A stretch of 64,000 bases of DNA from Dehalococcoidia bacterium. GTDB lineage: Bacteria; Chloroflexota; Dehalococcoidia; Plut-88900. This document shows positions 38,039-47,359 of the stretch, one piece after another. Numbering within the stretch: the first letter of the stretch is position 1; each line of letters begins with the position of its first letter. The position numbers and the translations under genes are program-made. The stretch spans positions 544,001-608,000 of the forward strand of contig CBDBLV010000004.1 of assembly GCA_965207225.1 (NCBI GenBank), read 5' to 3'. Below the pieces are notes generated by a model. It was not told where the DNA came from. It did not search any database and saw only the letters and a program-made list of their open reading frames with translations.

Positions 38039-39268
38039 ATGAGCGCACAGCCCACCCACCCCGACGCGCCCCAGTCATCCAACTACCGGTTTGTCGTAAT
38101 AGCCGCATGGATGATTCCCCACGTATTCGGCTTCATTTTGCTGGAAAGCCTGGGCCTCATGCTGCCCAGCATCAACAGGGAGTTCAACCTCACCGCTACG
38201 GAGGAGGGCATTCTCGGCTCCGCCCCGAGGGTCGGAATGATGCTCCTGGCGCTACCCGCCGGATGGTGGCTGTCCAAGTGGAACGCCAAGCGTACAACCA
38301 CGATAACCTTTGTCGTAGGGGCGCTGCTCGTGGTGCTCCAAGGCTGGTCGCGCTCCTTCTACCTCCTGGTCCTCGCGCGGGCCATGTACGGCATCACCAT
38401 GGTCGTGCGGGAGCCGGTCAGGGCCATGCTGGTGCGCCAGTGGGCCCTGCCCAGAGAGGTCGTCATCGTCAACGCCATGTCCAACATGCTCTGGGGAGTC
38501 ACCGCACTCGGTTTCATCCTCGTGCCCGTCCTCCTCGAAGTCCTTGACGACGACTGGCGCACTACCTTCTACATCTTCGCCCTAGGCACCCTCGGCCTCA
38601 CAATCATCTGGCAGGTCTTGGGCAAGGAACGTACCTCACCCCAGTATCTCGCCGAGATGCGAGACCAGACCTGCAGCCCCCTGTCCTCCATAGTCCGTTA
38701 CAAGGAGATATGGTTCCTGGCCTTGGGCCTCATAGGTAACTCCATGGCTTGGTCTGCCTTCGCCGTTTTCTGGCCGACCCTGATGCTGGAGCAGTATGGA
38801 GTCAAAGAGCTTACATCCGGCATCATCATTGCTATTGGCGGTGGAGTGTCTTCTTTCGCAGGAATCGGTGTTGGGCTCCTTACCAACAGAATCGGCAAGA
38901 AACGCGTCATACTATGGTGGTGCGGGGTGGGGATGGCGGCTACACAGGTCGGGTTCCTGTGGACCGGGTCCTTTGGGTGGCTGGTGCTTCTCACCGCCGT
39001 GAACGGCGTAGCCTGGACCTACTTCCCCATCACCCTCTCCATCCCCTTCCAGCTACCCGGAATCAAGCCCCGGGAGATAGCCACTGCGATAGGTTTCCTG
39101 GAAACGGCCGTATGGGGCGGCGCATTGATCGGCCCTCTGCTGACCGGTGTGCTGGAAGACTACGCCCTGGAGCCCCGCCTCGCGCTCATGGTGGCATCCT
39201 CCATGCCTATCAGCCTGTCCATTTGCGCGATGCTGCTGCCCAAGAAGTGGGACGAGATCAGGTACTAG
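38039..39268 (+). CDS. MFS transporter
   Basis: about 12 TM; shares the LP.IKPRE-like motif with the 32652 and 33914 paralogs. Confidence 0.85.
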   Translation: MSAQPTHPDAPQSSNYRFVVIAAWMIPHVFGFILLESLGLMLPSINREFNLTATEEGILGSAPRVGMMLLALPAGWWLSKWNAKRTTTITFVVGALLVVLQGWSRSFYLLVLARAMYGITMVVREPVRAMLVRQWALPREVVIVNAMSNMLWGVTALGFILVPVLLEVLDDDWRTTFYIFALGTLGLTIIWQVLGKERTSPQYLAEMRDQTCSPLSSIVRYKEIWFLALGLIGNSMAWSAFAVFWPTLMLEQYGVKELTSGIIIAIGGGVSSFAGIGVGLLTNRIGKKRVILWWCGVGMAATQVGFLWTGSFGWLVLLTAVNGVAWTYFPITLSIPFQLPGIKPREIATAIGFLETAVWGGALIGPLLTGVLEDYALEPRLALMVASSMPISLSICAMLLPKKWDEIRY

Positions 39269-39281
39269 CGGCGCCGGCGGG

Positions 39282-40409
39282 CTAGTTGCTGTTCAGCTTC
39301 ATGTCGAAGAGGCGGATGGCATTGTCCCGGGTGATCTTCTTCTTGATCTCGTCGGACACCCCTTCAAAGTTCCGGGCAATGTATTCGTGGGACTTGGGCC
39401 ACGTGCTCTCCCAGTGGGGGTAATCATTGGCCCAGATGTAGTTGTCTGCCCCGATGATGTCCGTGTTCTTCACCCCGACCGGGTCGTCCATGAAACAGGC
39501 ATAGATGTTGCGCTTGAAGTAGTCGCTCGGGGCCATGTCCGGTACCTCCACCCGAGAGTCCTGCCGCATCCGGTATTTGTCGTCGGCCAGCCAGAGGTAG
39601 TGGGGAATCCATCCTATGTCCATTTCGGCCAAAACGACCTTCAACCCCGGGTACCGGTCGAAGACGCCCCAGTAAATCAGGTGAGACAGAGACCTTTGCC
39701 CCGGGTGGTGGAGGCAGGTCTGGCTGATCCGGTCCTGGCCCAGCTGGTCCTCCGGCCCGAAACCCGTGAAAGCGTGCAGGCTTATTGGAATGCCTGCTTC
39801 CTGGGCCGCGGCCCAAAGCGGCTCGTACATAGGTTTTTCATAGGTGTATTCGGGCTCCGGCCACGAGTTTATAAGCGCACCCCGAAGACCCATGGCAGCA
39901 CAACGCTCCAACTCCGCTACGGCCTGGTCCACATCGTATATCGAAATCAGCCCGATCCCCAGCAGTACATCCGGCGCGTGGGAGCAGAACTCGGCCAGCC
40001 AGTCGTTGTAGACGGAGAACAGCGCCCGCTGGAAGGGCGGGTCCTGTAGCCGGTACAGTGTGAGGGCATAGGAGGGGTATAGCACCTCGGCCTCCGTCCC
40101 ATCTATCTTCATGTCCTCCAACCGAGCCGCGGGGTCGTATCCCCCGGCCCGCCCGTCCCGATACGAGACTTCCTCAATGTGTGACTCAAACTCCGAGTAG
40201 CTCTCCCGACTCGCCCCCGCAAAAAAGGCCATGGACGCTGTTACAGTCGGCAGGTCCTCGCATACCCACCTATCCCCCTTCTCTCCGGGCGGGTCCTTGA
40301 CGATTCTCGGGGCCCGGTCCCTGAACTCCAGCGGCAACCGCTCAGTCCACAGGTCCGCAGGGTCGGTGACGTGGGAGTCTCCCGAAATGATCTTGTAGTC
40401 GGCCATCAT
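39282..40409 (-). CDS. amidohydrolase_2 family protein
   Basis: SGDSH, ISLH, AEMDIGW, WANDYPH. Confidence 0.9.
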   Translation of the reverse strand: MMADYKIISGDSHVTDPADLWTERLPLEFRDRAPRIVKDPPGEKGDRWVCEDLPTVTASMAFFAGASRESYSEFESHIEEVSYRDGRAGGYDPAARLEDMKIDGTEAEVLYPSYALTLYRLQDPPFQRALFSVYNDWLAEFCSHAPDVLLGIGLISIYDVDQAVAELERCAAMGLRGALINSWPEPEYTYEKPMYEPLWAAAQEAGIPISLHAFTGFGPEDQLGQDRISQTCLHHPGQRSLSHLIYWGVFDRYPGLKVVLAEMDIGWIPHYLWLADDKYRMRQDSRVEVPDMAPSDYFKRNIYACFMDDPVGVKNTDIIGADNYIWANDYPHWESTWPKSHEYIARNFEGVSDEIKKKITRDNAIRLFDMKLNSN

Positions 40410-40427
40410 CGCTCTCCTCAGCCCCGA

Positions 40428-40478
40428 GTCCCCTCTTATCCCCTCTCCCTTGATGGGAAGGGGTTAGGGTGAGGGTGG
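40428..40478 (-). repeat. CCCTCACCC/CCCTCTCCC-type palindromic repeat
   Basis: CCCCTCTCCCTTGATGGGAAGGGGTTAGGGTGAGGG, related to the purine-rich hairpin of element E. Confidence 0.55.
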
Positions 40479-40533
40479 TCCTATTCTGGGCTTCTTATTG
40501 TTGGATTATAGTCCCGACCCCCAGGTCGGGCCA

Positions 40534-41283
40534 CTAGGTGTTCACCCGACCCCCGTCTATTGGCAGCTCCACCCCCGTCACGTAAGAAGATTCATCCGAC
40601 GCCAGGTAAAGCGCCCCATACGCAATCTCCTCCGGCGTCCCGATGCGTCCCATCGGAATGTTCCCAATAGCGTCGCCTTGTTCGGCCATCTCTCGGGTCT
40701 GGGCGTGGAGCATGGGCGTGTCTATGGGGCCCGGGTGGATGGAGTTGGCCCGGATCCCTTCTCTGGCGTACTGGTGGGCCGTCGTCTTGGTCAGAATCCT
40801 GATCGCGCCTTTGGCCGGGCCGTAGGCCGTCCCGTCGGCATTACCCACTATCCCCGCACCCGACGACATGTTCACAATCGATCCCCCACCCGACCTCTTC
40901 ATCTCCGGTATAGCATGCTTGCTCCCGAGAAACGTCCCTGTAGCGTTCACCGCCATTATCCGCTCCCAGGTCTCCAGAGGGGTGTCGGCGACCAACTCAG
41001 GGCTGTAGGCCCCTGCATTGTTCACCAGCACGTTCAGCCCCCCGAACCGCTCCACCGTTGTCGCAACGGCCCGCTCCCAGTCCTCTTCTTTGGTGACATC
41101 CAGGTCTATGTAGATGGCTTCACCACCCGACCCCGTGATCTCCGTCACCACCCCCTCCCCCCGCCCCGAGTCCACGTCCGCCACTACAACCTTCGCCCCT
41201 TCTGACGTAAACAGCCGGCAAATCGCCGACCCTATTCCCCCCGCCCCACCCGTCACCAGCGCTATCTTCCCTTCCATCCTCAT
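40534..41283 (-). CDS. short-chain dehydrogenase/reductase
   Basis: TGGAGGIG, NNAG, YGPAK, IHPGPIDT. Confidence 0.93.
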   Translation of the reverse strand: MRMEGKIALVTGGAGGIGSAICRLFTSEGAKVVVADVDSGRGEGVVTEITGSGGEAIYIDLDVTKEEDWERAVATTVERFGGLNVLVNNAGAYSPELVADTPLETWERIMAVNATGTFLGSKHAIPEMKRSGGGSIVNMSSGAGIVGNADGTAYGPAKGAIRILTKTTAHQYAREGIRANSIHPGPIDTPMLHAQTREMAEQGDAIGNIPMGRIGTPEEIAYGALYLASDESSYVTGVELPIDGGRVNT

Positions 41284-41328
41284 GGCTTGACTAACGCCCG
41301 AATGCCAAAAGACCTTACTCTTGATCGG

Positions 41329-41571
41329 CTAACGTAAATGCTTCCTGAAATCATCCGCCGTAATCTCCAGGTCGGTAAGCACTGACTTCAAAATCCGCTT
41401 TGGAACCTCTTTTCTCCCTAAGACAATCGTCGATGTCACCTTACGACTACCCACGTAACGATAAACGAATTGATGGCTGCCCCTGCTTGACCTGTTCATT
41501 TCGCATCCCAGCTGTAGGAGACAGGCCAGAATGCTTTTGCCCAAACATAGCGGAAGGTCAGTGTATTTCAC
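41329..41571 (-). CDS. hicA: HicA-like toxin
   Basis: 80 aa, basic, RGSH motif, adjacent to HicB-like gene. Confidence 0.7.
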   Translation of the reverse strand: MKYTDLPLCLGKSILACLLQLGCEMNRSSRGSHQFVYRYVGSRKVTSTIVLGRKEVPKRILKSVLTDLEITADDFRKHLR

Positions 41572-41573
41572 CT

Positions 41574-41900
41574 CTAAACGGGCACGGCCAATTTATACGT
41601 GTTGAGTTGCTTTGACCGACCCACGTGCTCGAAGGTGGAAAGTGATAAAGGCTTGTCGACATCTGCGGAATAATCCGATTCTCGCTCTATCCTGACACCC
41701 TTCTCCCCGAACACCTTGTCCCGCTCCCCAATCTCCTCCAGCCCCTCGATATAGACTTCCAGAGCATCAAGGAGATTCGCCTTTGCCTCCTTTATCGTGT
41801 CTCCGCAAGTGATGGTTCCCAACTCCTTGCAGTAAGCCAGGTACACATCCCCTTCCTTTTCGATGATTACCGTCAAACGAATGAAGACGGCATCGCTCAT
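41574..41900 (-). CDS. hicB: HicB-like antitoxin
   Basis: YLAYCKELGTITCGDTIKEAKANLLDAL. Confidence 0.8.
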   Translation of the reverse strand: MSDAVFIRLTVIIEKEGDVYLAYCKELGTITCGDTIKEAKANLLDALEVYIEGLEEIGERDKVFGEKGVRIERESDYSADVDKPLSLSTFEHVGRSKQLNTYKLAVPV

Positions 41901-41955
41901 CCTTCAACCTCCGTCAGGATTTTGCTCATGTCTTGCCCCATCATACCTTGTAAGG

Positions 41956-43038
41956 CTACCCCTGCTCCGTCATCACCTTCCGGCAGAACGTCGCAGCATT
42001 CACCAGGTCCGGTATCACCACGAACTCCCTGACAGTGTGCATCTCGTTTGTCGCCATCCCGACCACTATGCACTCTATCCCCTTCTGCCTCATCACGTTG
42101 GCATCCGTCCCTCCCCCCGAGGGCTCCAGCCTCAACGGCAGCCCCATCGAGTCCAGTGTGCGCCTCGCCATCTCCAGCATCTTCTCGCCAGGCTTCACAG
42201 TGTAGGTGTTGAACTCCACGGTGAACCCGTCCTCGATAATCGCTTCTTTGTACCGGTCACGCACCTGGTCGAAGATGCCCCGGGCCTGGAGCTGCAGCAG
42301 GTCCAGGGTCTCCAGGTTCACGCTTCGGAACTCGCCCGTGAAGGTCGCCTGCTCCGGGACGGCGTTCCGGACGCTTCCCCCCGAGATAGTCCCCACGTTA
42401 AACGTCGTCTCCTCGTCCAGCCGACCCTGCGGGAGCTCGCTGATGATCTCCGCAGCTATCTTGATGGCGGATAGGCCCTTCTCAGGCTCGACACCCGCGT
42501 GCGCCGACCTCCCGATAACCTTCACCTCGAAGCTCACGTAGGTCGGGCTGGACGCCGTGAGCTTGTTGACCGGGCCATTCCCGTCAAAGACCACAGCCTC
42601 GTTGGAAGTAATCATGGAGTAGTCCATGTTCCGGGCCCCGACCAGCCCGATCTCCTCGCCCCTGGTGAAAGCAAGCTGAATGTTCCGCCGGGGTAGATCG
42701 TCCTCAATGGCTGATTCCAGGCCCTCCAATATGGCTGCCACCCCGGCCTTGGCGTCGCCCCCGAGTATCGTAGTCCCATCGGAAACGATACGATCGCCCT
42801 CCACCCTCGGCTTGATCCCCCGGCCCGGCTCTACGGTATCCATGTGCGCCGAAAGCAGGAGTGGGTTCTCTCCCTCCTCCCGTGCGATCAGGTTCCCGTG
42901 GGCGTCCCTCAGCACCTCGAATCCCAGCTCCGACAGCCTTCGCGTTAGGTCTTGCGCAACTTCCTCTTCCTCGTCCGACGGGCTGTCTATCTGCACAAGG
43001 TCGCAGAAGGTCTTCACCAGGCGGTCTTCTTTGATCAT
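41956..43038 (-). CDS. M20 family peptidase T-like protein
   Basis: SAHMDTV, GGDAKAG, GEEIGL, AHAGVEPEKG, GGGTDAN. Confidence 0.9.
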   Translation of the reverse strand: MIKEDRLVKTFCDLVQIDSPSDEEEEVAQDLTRRLSELGFEVLRDAHGNLIAREEGENPLLLSAHMDTVEPGRGIKPRVEGDRIVSDGTTILGGDAKAGVAAILEGLESAIEDDLPRRNIQLAFTRGEEIGLVGARNMDYSMITSNEAVVFDGNGPVNKLTASSPTYVSFEVKVIGRSAHAGVEPEKGLSAIKIAAEIISELPQGRLDEETTFNVGTISGGSVRNAVPEQATFTGEFRSVNLETLDLLQLQARGIFDQVRDRYKEAIIEDGFTVEFNTYTVKPGEKMLEMARRTLDSMGLPLRLEPSGGGTDANVMRQKGIECIVVGMATNEMHTVREFVVIPDLVNAATFCRKVMTEQG

Positions 43039-43051
43039 CGTTGCTCCTCGG

Positions 43052-44236
43052 CTATTTGCGAAACTCGTTTATGCGGGACATGCGGTTCCGGACTATCTCC
43101 AGGGTTTCCAGTTTCTTGGGAAAGGCGAAGCGCACGAACTGCTTGCCATGCTCCGGACTGCGGTAGAACGCCCGACCCGGCACAGGCGTCACGCCTATGG
43201 TCTCGGCCATGAACATGGCGAAGGCCAGGTCGTCGTCATAGCCGCAGTCCGGGTATTCGGTCATAACGTAGTAGGCCCCCTGGGGCGTGACGTAGTCGAA
43301 TCCCGACTCCCTCAATATTTCCAGCGTCACGTCCCGTCGTGCCTGGTATTCGGCTGCCAGTCCCTCGAAGTAGCTCATTGAAAAGCTCATACCCTTGGCA
43401 GCAGCCATCTGCAAGGGGTGCGCCGCCCCGACCGTCAGGAAATCGTGCGCCCGACGTATCGCCGTGCACAGCGTCGCATCCATCACTATCGCCCACCCGA
43501 TGCGCCAGCCCGTAACGCTGTACGTCTTGGACACGCTGTTGACAGTCACGGTCCGCTCCGCCATCCCCGGCAGCGACGCAATGCTCCGGTGCTTCAGCCC
43601 GTCGAAGATGATGTGCTCGTAGGGTTCGTCGGAGAAGACCAGGGCGTCGAATTCCTGGCAGAGCTCGGCAATGACGCCTAGTTCCTCGTCTGAGAACACC
43701 TTGCCGCACGGGTTGTGAGGGGTGGTGATTACCATCGCCTTCGTCTTGGATGAAAAAGCTTTTCGGAGCTCATCGGGGTCGAACCTGAACTCGTCTCCCA
43801 CCCGACGCAGCGGCACGTACACAGGCTTCCCGCCTGATATCAGTGTGTCCGGCCCGTAGTTCTCGTAGAACGGCTCGAAGATGATGATCTCATCGCCCGG
43901 GTCCACCAGCCCGAGCATCGTGGCCATCATCGCCTCGGTGCCGCCGCAGGTAACCGTCACGTGGGCGTCGGGCTCGGGTGTCAGGCCGTTATACCACCCG
44001 AACTTCTCCGCAATCGCCTCCCGCAGAGGCCCGGCCCCCCACGTGTTGGCGTACTGGTGGAAGTCGCCCCTCAGGGCCCCCTCTGCAGCCTCCACCAGAG
44101 CTGTGGGTGGCGGAAAGTCGGGAAACCCCTGCGCCATGTTCACCCCGCCCAGGTTGTTGTTTATCCGAGTCATGTCCCGGATTATCGACTCGGTAAAATG
44201 CTGGACCCGGTCCGCCGTGTGTCTTTCGCTGGACAA
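43052..44236 (-). CDS. PLP-dependent aminotransferase class I/II
   Basis: NMAQGFPD, PHNPCG, SDEPY, SKTYSVTGWRIG. Confidence 0.92.
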   Translation of the reverse strand: MSSERHTADRVQHFTESIIRDMTRINNNLGGVNMAQGFPDFPPPTALVEAAEGALRGDFHQYANTWGAGPLREAIAEKFGWYNGLTPEPDAHVTVTCGGTEAMMATMLGLVDPGDEIIIFEPFYENYGPDTLISGGKPVYVPLRRVGDEFRFDPDELRKAFSSKTKAMVITTPHNPCGKVFSDEELGVIAELCQEFDALVFSDEPYEHIIFDGLKHRSIASLPGMAERTVTVNSVSKTYSVTGWRIGWAIVMDATLCTAIRRAHDFLTVGAAHPLQMAAAKGMSFSMSYFEGLAAEYQARRDVTLEILRESGFDYVTPQGAYYVMTEYPDCGYDDDLAFAMFMAETIGVTPVPGRAFYRSPEHGKQFVRFAFPKKLETLEIVRNRMSRINEFRK

Positions 44237-44422
44237 AACAACCCCAAACTTCTAGCCCGTGAAATCGGCCCATTCTAACACGTACCCTCCTTCATCCCCG
44301 ACACCAACCCGTAAACCCATCCCCGGATCAAGGCCGCCCATGCTGGGATCTGCATCAATGGGAATATGATGAGGGTGAACCTTGAGCTAATTGGTGTACA
44401 ATGGACGAATAGGTGAGCAGCA

Positions 44423-44623
44423 ATGACTAGTCTGGCCGAAATCAAGGAAGCCATCCAAAACTTGCCCCCCGCCGACTTCGCTGAAATAGCCCAGTGGTTC
44501 AATGACCTGCAAGAGGACTTGTGGGACCAGCAAATCGAAGCCGATGCAGATGCCGGCCGTCTTGACTTCTTCAAAGAACAAGTCGAGCAGGCCCTGGCAG
44601 CCGGCACTGTGAGAGACCTGTAG
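44423..44623 (+). CDS. small acidic protein, putative antitoxin
   Basis: EIKEAIQNLP...WDQQIEADADAGRLD pattern; directly precedes a ParE-like frame. Confidence 0.7.
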   Translation: MTSLAEIKEAIQNLPPADFAEIAQWFNDLQEDLWDQQIEADADAGRLDFFKEQVEQALAAGTVRDL

Positions 44624-44877
44624 CGCACCGTACCATACCCCAGTTTTGGGAACACCTCGCCTCCCTGCCCGAGCCGATTCAGCAGGTCGCCCACCGTAAC
44701 TTTCAACGCCTCAAGGAAGACCCTGCCTACCCATCCCTCCGCTTCAAGAAAGTCGGAGACTACTGGGTAGCTCGCGTCGGACCTAATTGTCGTGCCCTCG
44801 CCGTGACCAGGGGGGCAGACCTGTTTTGGGTCTGGATCGGCCCTCATGACGCCTACGAACGAATAATCAGTTCCTGA
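44620..44877 (+). pseudogene. ParE/RelE-like toxin reading frame with no canonical start codon
   Basis: frame reads (GTA)AHRTIPQFWEHLASLPEPIQQVAHRNFQRLKEDPAYPSLRFKKVGDYWVARVG...WIGPHDAYERIISS*; in-frame TGA at 44563 and no ATG/GTG/TTG before the domain. Confidence 0.65.
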
Positions 44878-44901
44878 TTCCCCCATCCCCGTCTCCCCAT
44901 C

Positions 44902-45105
44902 CCGTCATCCCCGCCACAGAGAGTCGGAATCCATCCCCGGGCGGTGAGGCCGCTCATGCTGAGAGGCCCTCTTAAGCATGCCCCGAGTCCCTCGAGGGGT
45001 ATGAGCGGGGGGGAGGCTCGCGTACAGTCCACCCGTCGCGCCCTTCCACATCCACTCCCCTCTCTGTCATCCCGAGGCCCCGCGAGGGATCTAGGACTTG
45101 CCCAC
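44902..45105 (+). repeat. ordered REP-like cluster R3-R1-R2
   Basis: GTCATCCCCG..GGAATCCA (44902), CCGCTCATGCTGAG..TATGAGCGG (44950), GTCATCCCGAGGCCCCGCGAGGGATCT (45064). Confidence 0.75.
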
Positions 45106-45159
45106 CTACATCTTTCCATGTCATACCTTCCCTTCTCCCCCGACCCCACCTCCCACCTA

Positions 45160-45194
45160 TTGATTTTGTAAATGTATGTGCTATACTTATGTTC
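45160..45194 (+). promoter_or_regulatory. sigma70 promoter with extended -10
   Basis: TTGATT-16 nt-TATACT with a TGn extension, in an AT-rich island. Confidence 0.6.
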
Positions 45195-45379
45195 GTGGCA
45201 CCGGCCTCGTTACCCGGGCCACCAAACCAGGAAAGGACTAAAGGAGTCCCATGAGCCGCATAGGCCTCACATGGCCCCGTCGCACCCGGTCGGTATGGGA
45301 CCGACCCTCTGCCGACACGCACCTCCTCCCCACTACCTTTCCGCCTACCGTGTCCCTCAGCCCTTCACCCTTCCCCCGT

Positions 45380-45808
45380 GGAAGTTCAAAGCCCAGCGCC
45401 CCCTCTCGACCACTGTCGTCCGGCGTCACTAAGGAGCCGCAACTTACCTTGCTGCCCCACCCGGACGTGGATGCCCGCGGTTTTCCGCGGAAGGACCCCA
45501 CCTGCGCCCATAGCGGCGTACGGATGGATGCCTGCTTTCACTCGCTGCAGATGTTCCCACGGCTAACCCCCGCGAGTGCCCCCCTCCGCCGTGGATGCCT
45601 GCCCAGGCTCGCCGCAGATGTATTTCCCACAGCTAACCCTTTGCGAGCTTTCCCCTCCGCTGTGGATGCCCGCGCCTTTGCGCGGAGGTACGCCCGCAAC
45701 GCCCTACCCGGCCTTGCGAAGATTGCCCGGGCCAACGCCCAGGCGATTGCCCACGTTCCAACCCCCGACGCCCCGGCTTACGCCGCAGAGGGGGCGCTGG
45801 CAACTTCC
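45380..45808 (+). ncRNA. candidate structured ncRNA domain (cassette 1)
   Basis: closing helices 45380-86/45802-08 and 45393-406/45787-800; tandem modules with covarying pairs. Confidence 0.5.
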
Positions 45809-45853
45809 TCATTTAGTTCCTCTTCCTCCTACGCCATCCCCTCCCTTATTCCT

Positions 45854-45970
45854 AGTACTGAACTAGAGGCAAGCGCCTGCGCCATGGCGCAGGCGCTTGC
45901 CTCTGTTTTTTCCTCCCCCTCTCCCTTGAAGGCCCTAAGGGAGAGGGGGATCAAGGGGGTAAGGGTTCCC
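45854..45970 (+). repeat. element E copy A
   Basis: AGTACTGAACT + perfect 40-bp palindrome 45865-45904 + CCCCCTCTCCC/GGGAGAGGGGG hairpin; homologous to 53789-53905 and 54905-55044. Confidence 0.85.
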
Positions 45971-46175
45971 CTCCCCGCCCCTTAAACAATCAAACCCATG
46001 CCTGAAACCCCAATTCAATCAAAACCTCCCTAGAATCCGGGAGTCCCTTCCCCCACAATTGAATGCCCCGGCCACCGTCCGACCCCCGGCCGCTTGACCT
46101 GAACGCCCATAGGCGTAACAATGGCGCCCACAGGCCGGTCTTTACCCAATCGACTAGACGCAGGGGGTGAACGGG

Positions 46176-47276
46176 ATGGGATACCGGATTATTTCAGCGG
46201 ACAGCCACCTCGATCTGCAGTGGCTTCCCCACGACGCCTTTACTTCCAGGGCCCCGGCTGAGTGGAAGGACAAGGTCCCGTACGTCGAGGCCCGCCCCGA
46301 CGGCAACTACTGGATGGTCGAAGGCCGCACCATGACCCGCGCCGGCTGGTATGGCCCGGGCGTCAACGGCGGCAAGCGCGGCGAGATGCTCGAAAGGGAG
46401 GGCTTCACCGTCGGCGACCTCCGCTGCTCCGACTACCAGCTCAGAAAGGCCGACCAGGAACGCGACGGCGTCGACGCCGAGGTCATCTACGGCATCCTCA
46501 CCACCGACCGCAGCTTCGACGACAAGGAAGCCCTCGCCGCCACCTACCGCGCCTACAACGACTACATCTCCGAATGGCAGCAATACGACCCCGACTGGCT
46601 CGTGCCCCTCGGCGAGATCCCCAACCATGACGGCAAGGCCGCCGGCGGTGAGCTCTCCCGCCTGGCCGAGATCGGTGTCCGCGGCGCTGAGTTCGCCCCG
46701 GCAACCATGACTCACCCCTTCTGGAGCGACGAGTGGGAGCCCCTCTGGGATGCCGGCGAAGAGACTCAGCTTCCCGTCTCATTCCACGCCTTCAACATCT
46801 CGACCACCTTCTCCGACAAGGACCACCCCTCCGCCGCCGCCGTCAGCCTCTGTCTCGCCCCATCACGCGCCGACGAAGTCCTCTGCGCCCTCATCTTCTC
46901 CGGCGTCCTCGAACGCCACCCGAGACTCAACGCCATCCTCGGCGAGAGCGGCATCGGCTGGCTGCCCTTCATGCTGGAGCGCATGGACTACTCTTACGAC
47001 CGCCGCCTCACCGACCTCGAACTCCCCCTCCTCCCCTCCGAGTACTTCAAGCGGCAGGTCTACGCCAGCTTCATCATCGACTACTGGGGCACAAAGGCCA
47101 TGTGGGAGCTCGGCTACCTAAAGAACATCATGTGGTCCACCGACTACCCCCACCGCGATGGCTCCTGGCCCGACTCCCAGGAGATCATCGACCGCACCTT
47201 CAAGGACCTCCCTGAGGACGTCAAGAAGGCCTGCGTCCACGACAACGTCGTCCGCCTCTTCAACCTCAACGACTGA
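46176..47276 (+). CDS. amidohydrolase_2 family protein
   Basis: SADSH, VSFH, GESGIGW, MWSTDYPH. Confidence 0.9.
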   Translation: MGYRIISADSHLDLQWLPHDAFTSRAPAEWKDKVPYVEARPDGNYWMVEGRTMTRAGWYGPGVNGGKRGEMLEREGFTVGDLRCSDYQLRKADQERDGVDAEVIYGILTTDRSFDDKEALAATYRAYNDYISEWQQYDPDWLVPLGEIPNHDGKAAGGELSRLAEIGVRGAEFAPATMTHPFWSDEWEPLWDAGEETQLPVSFHAFNISTTFSDKDHPSAAAVSLCLAPSRADEVLCALIFSGVLERHPRLNAILGESGIGWLPFMLERMDYSYDRRLTDLELPLLPSEYFKRQVYASFIIDYWGTKAMWELGYLKNIMWSTDYPHRDGSWPDSQEIIDRTFKDLPEDVKKACVHDNVVRLFNLND

Positions 47277-47299
47277 CCTCTACATTCCCACCAACGACA

Positions 47300-47331
47300 A
47301 ATCGGCGGGTGCGATATCGCACCCGCCGATT
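47300..47331. terminator. palindromic hairpin between convergent genes
   Basis: perfect 32-bp palindrome AATCGGCGGGTGCGATATCGCACCCGCCGATT. Confidence 0.65.
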
Positions 47332-47359
47332 CATTTGTTGAACTTATCGAAGCTTAGGG

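Noticed and set aside
45632-45640. CUAACCCU resembling a telomerase template
   Set aside because: An 8-nt match is expected by chance; no reverse transcriptase or telomeric repeats in the window.
45400-45660. HDV-like ribozyme or SAM-II riboswitch suggested by CUCGC, CUAAGGAG and GCUAA
   Set aside because: I could not build the required P1/P2/P1.1 order or the SAM-II core by eye; needs an Infernal search.
45468-45700. CRISPR array
   Set aside because: Only an 8-nt word recurs exactly, the intervening sequences are homologous rather than unique spacers, and no cas genes are present.
45854-45910. Integron attC sites (AAC...GTT ends of the element E hairpin)
   Set aside because: No GTTRRRY core, no unpaired central spacer, no gene cassettes and no integrase; kept only as a structural analogy.
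45251-45985. 244-aa ORF across cassette 1, preceded by AAGGAG
   Set aside because: Pro/Ala/Arg/Ser-rich with no domain. It runs through 67- and 71-nt repeats (not multiples of 3) and element E, and cassette 2 has no equivalent ORF. A short leader peptide cannot be excluded.
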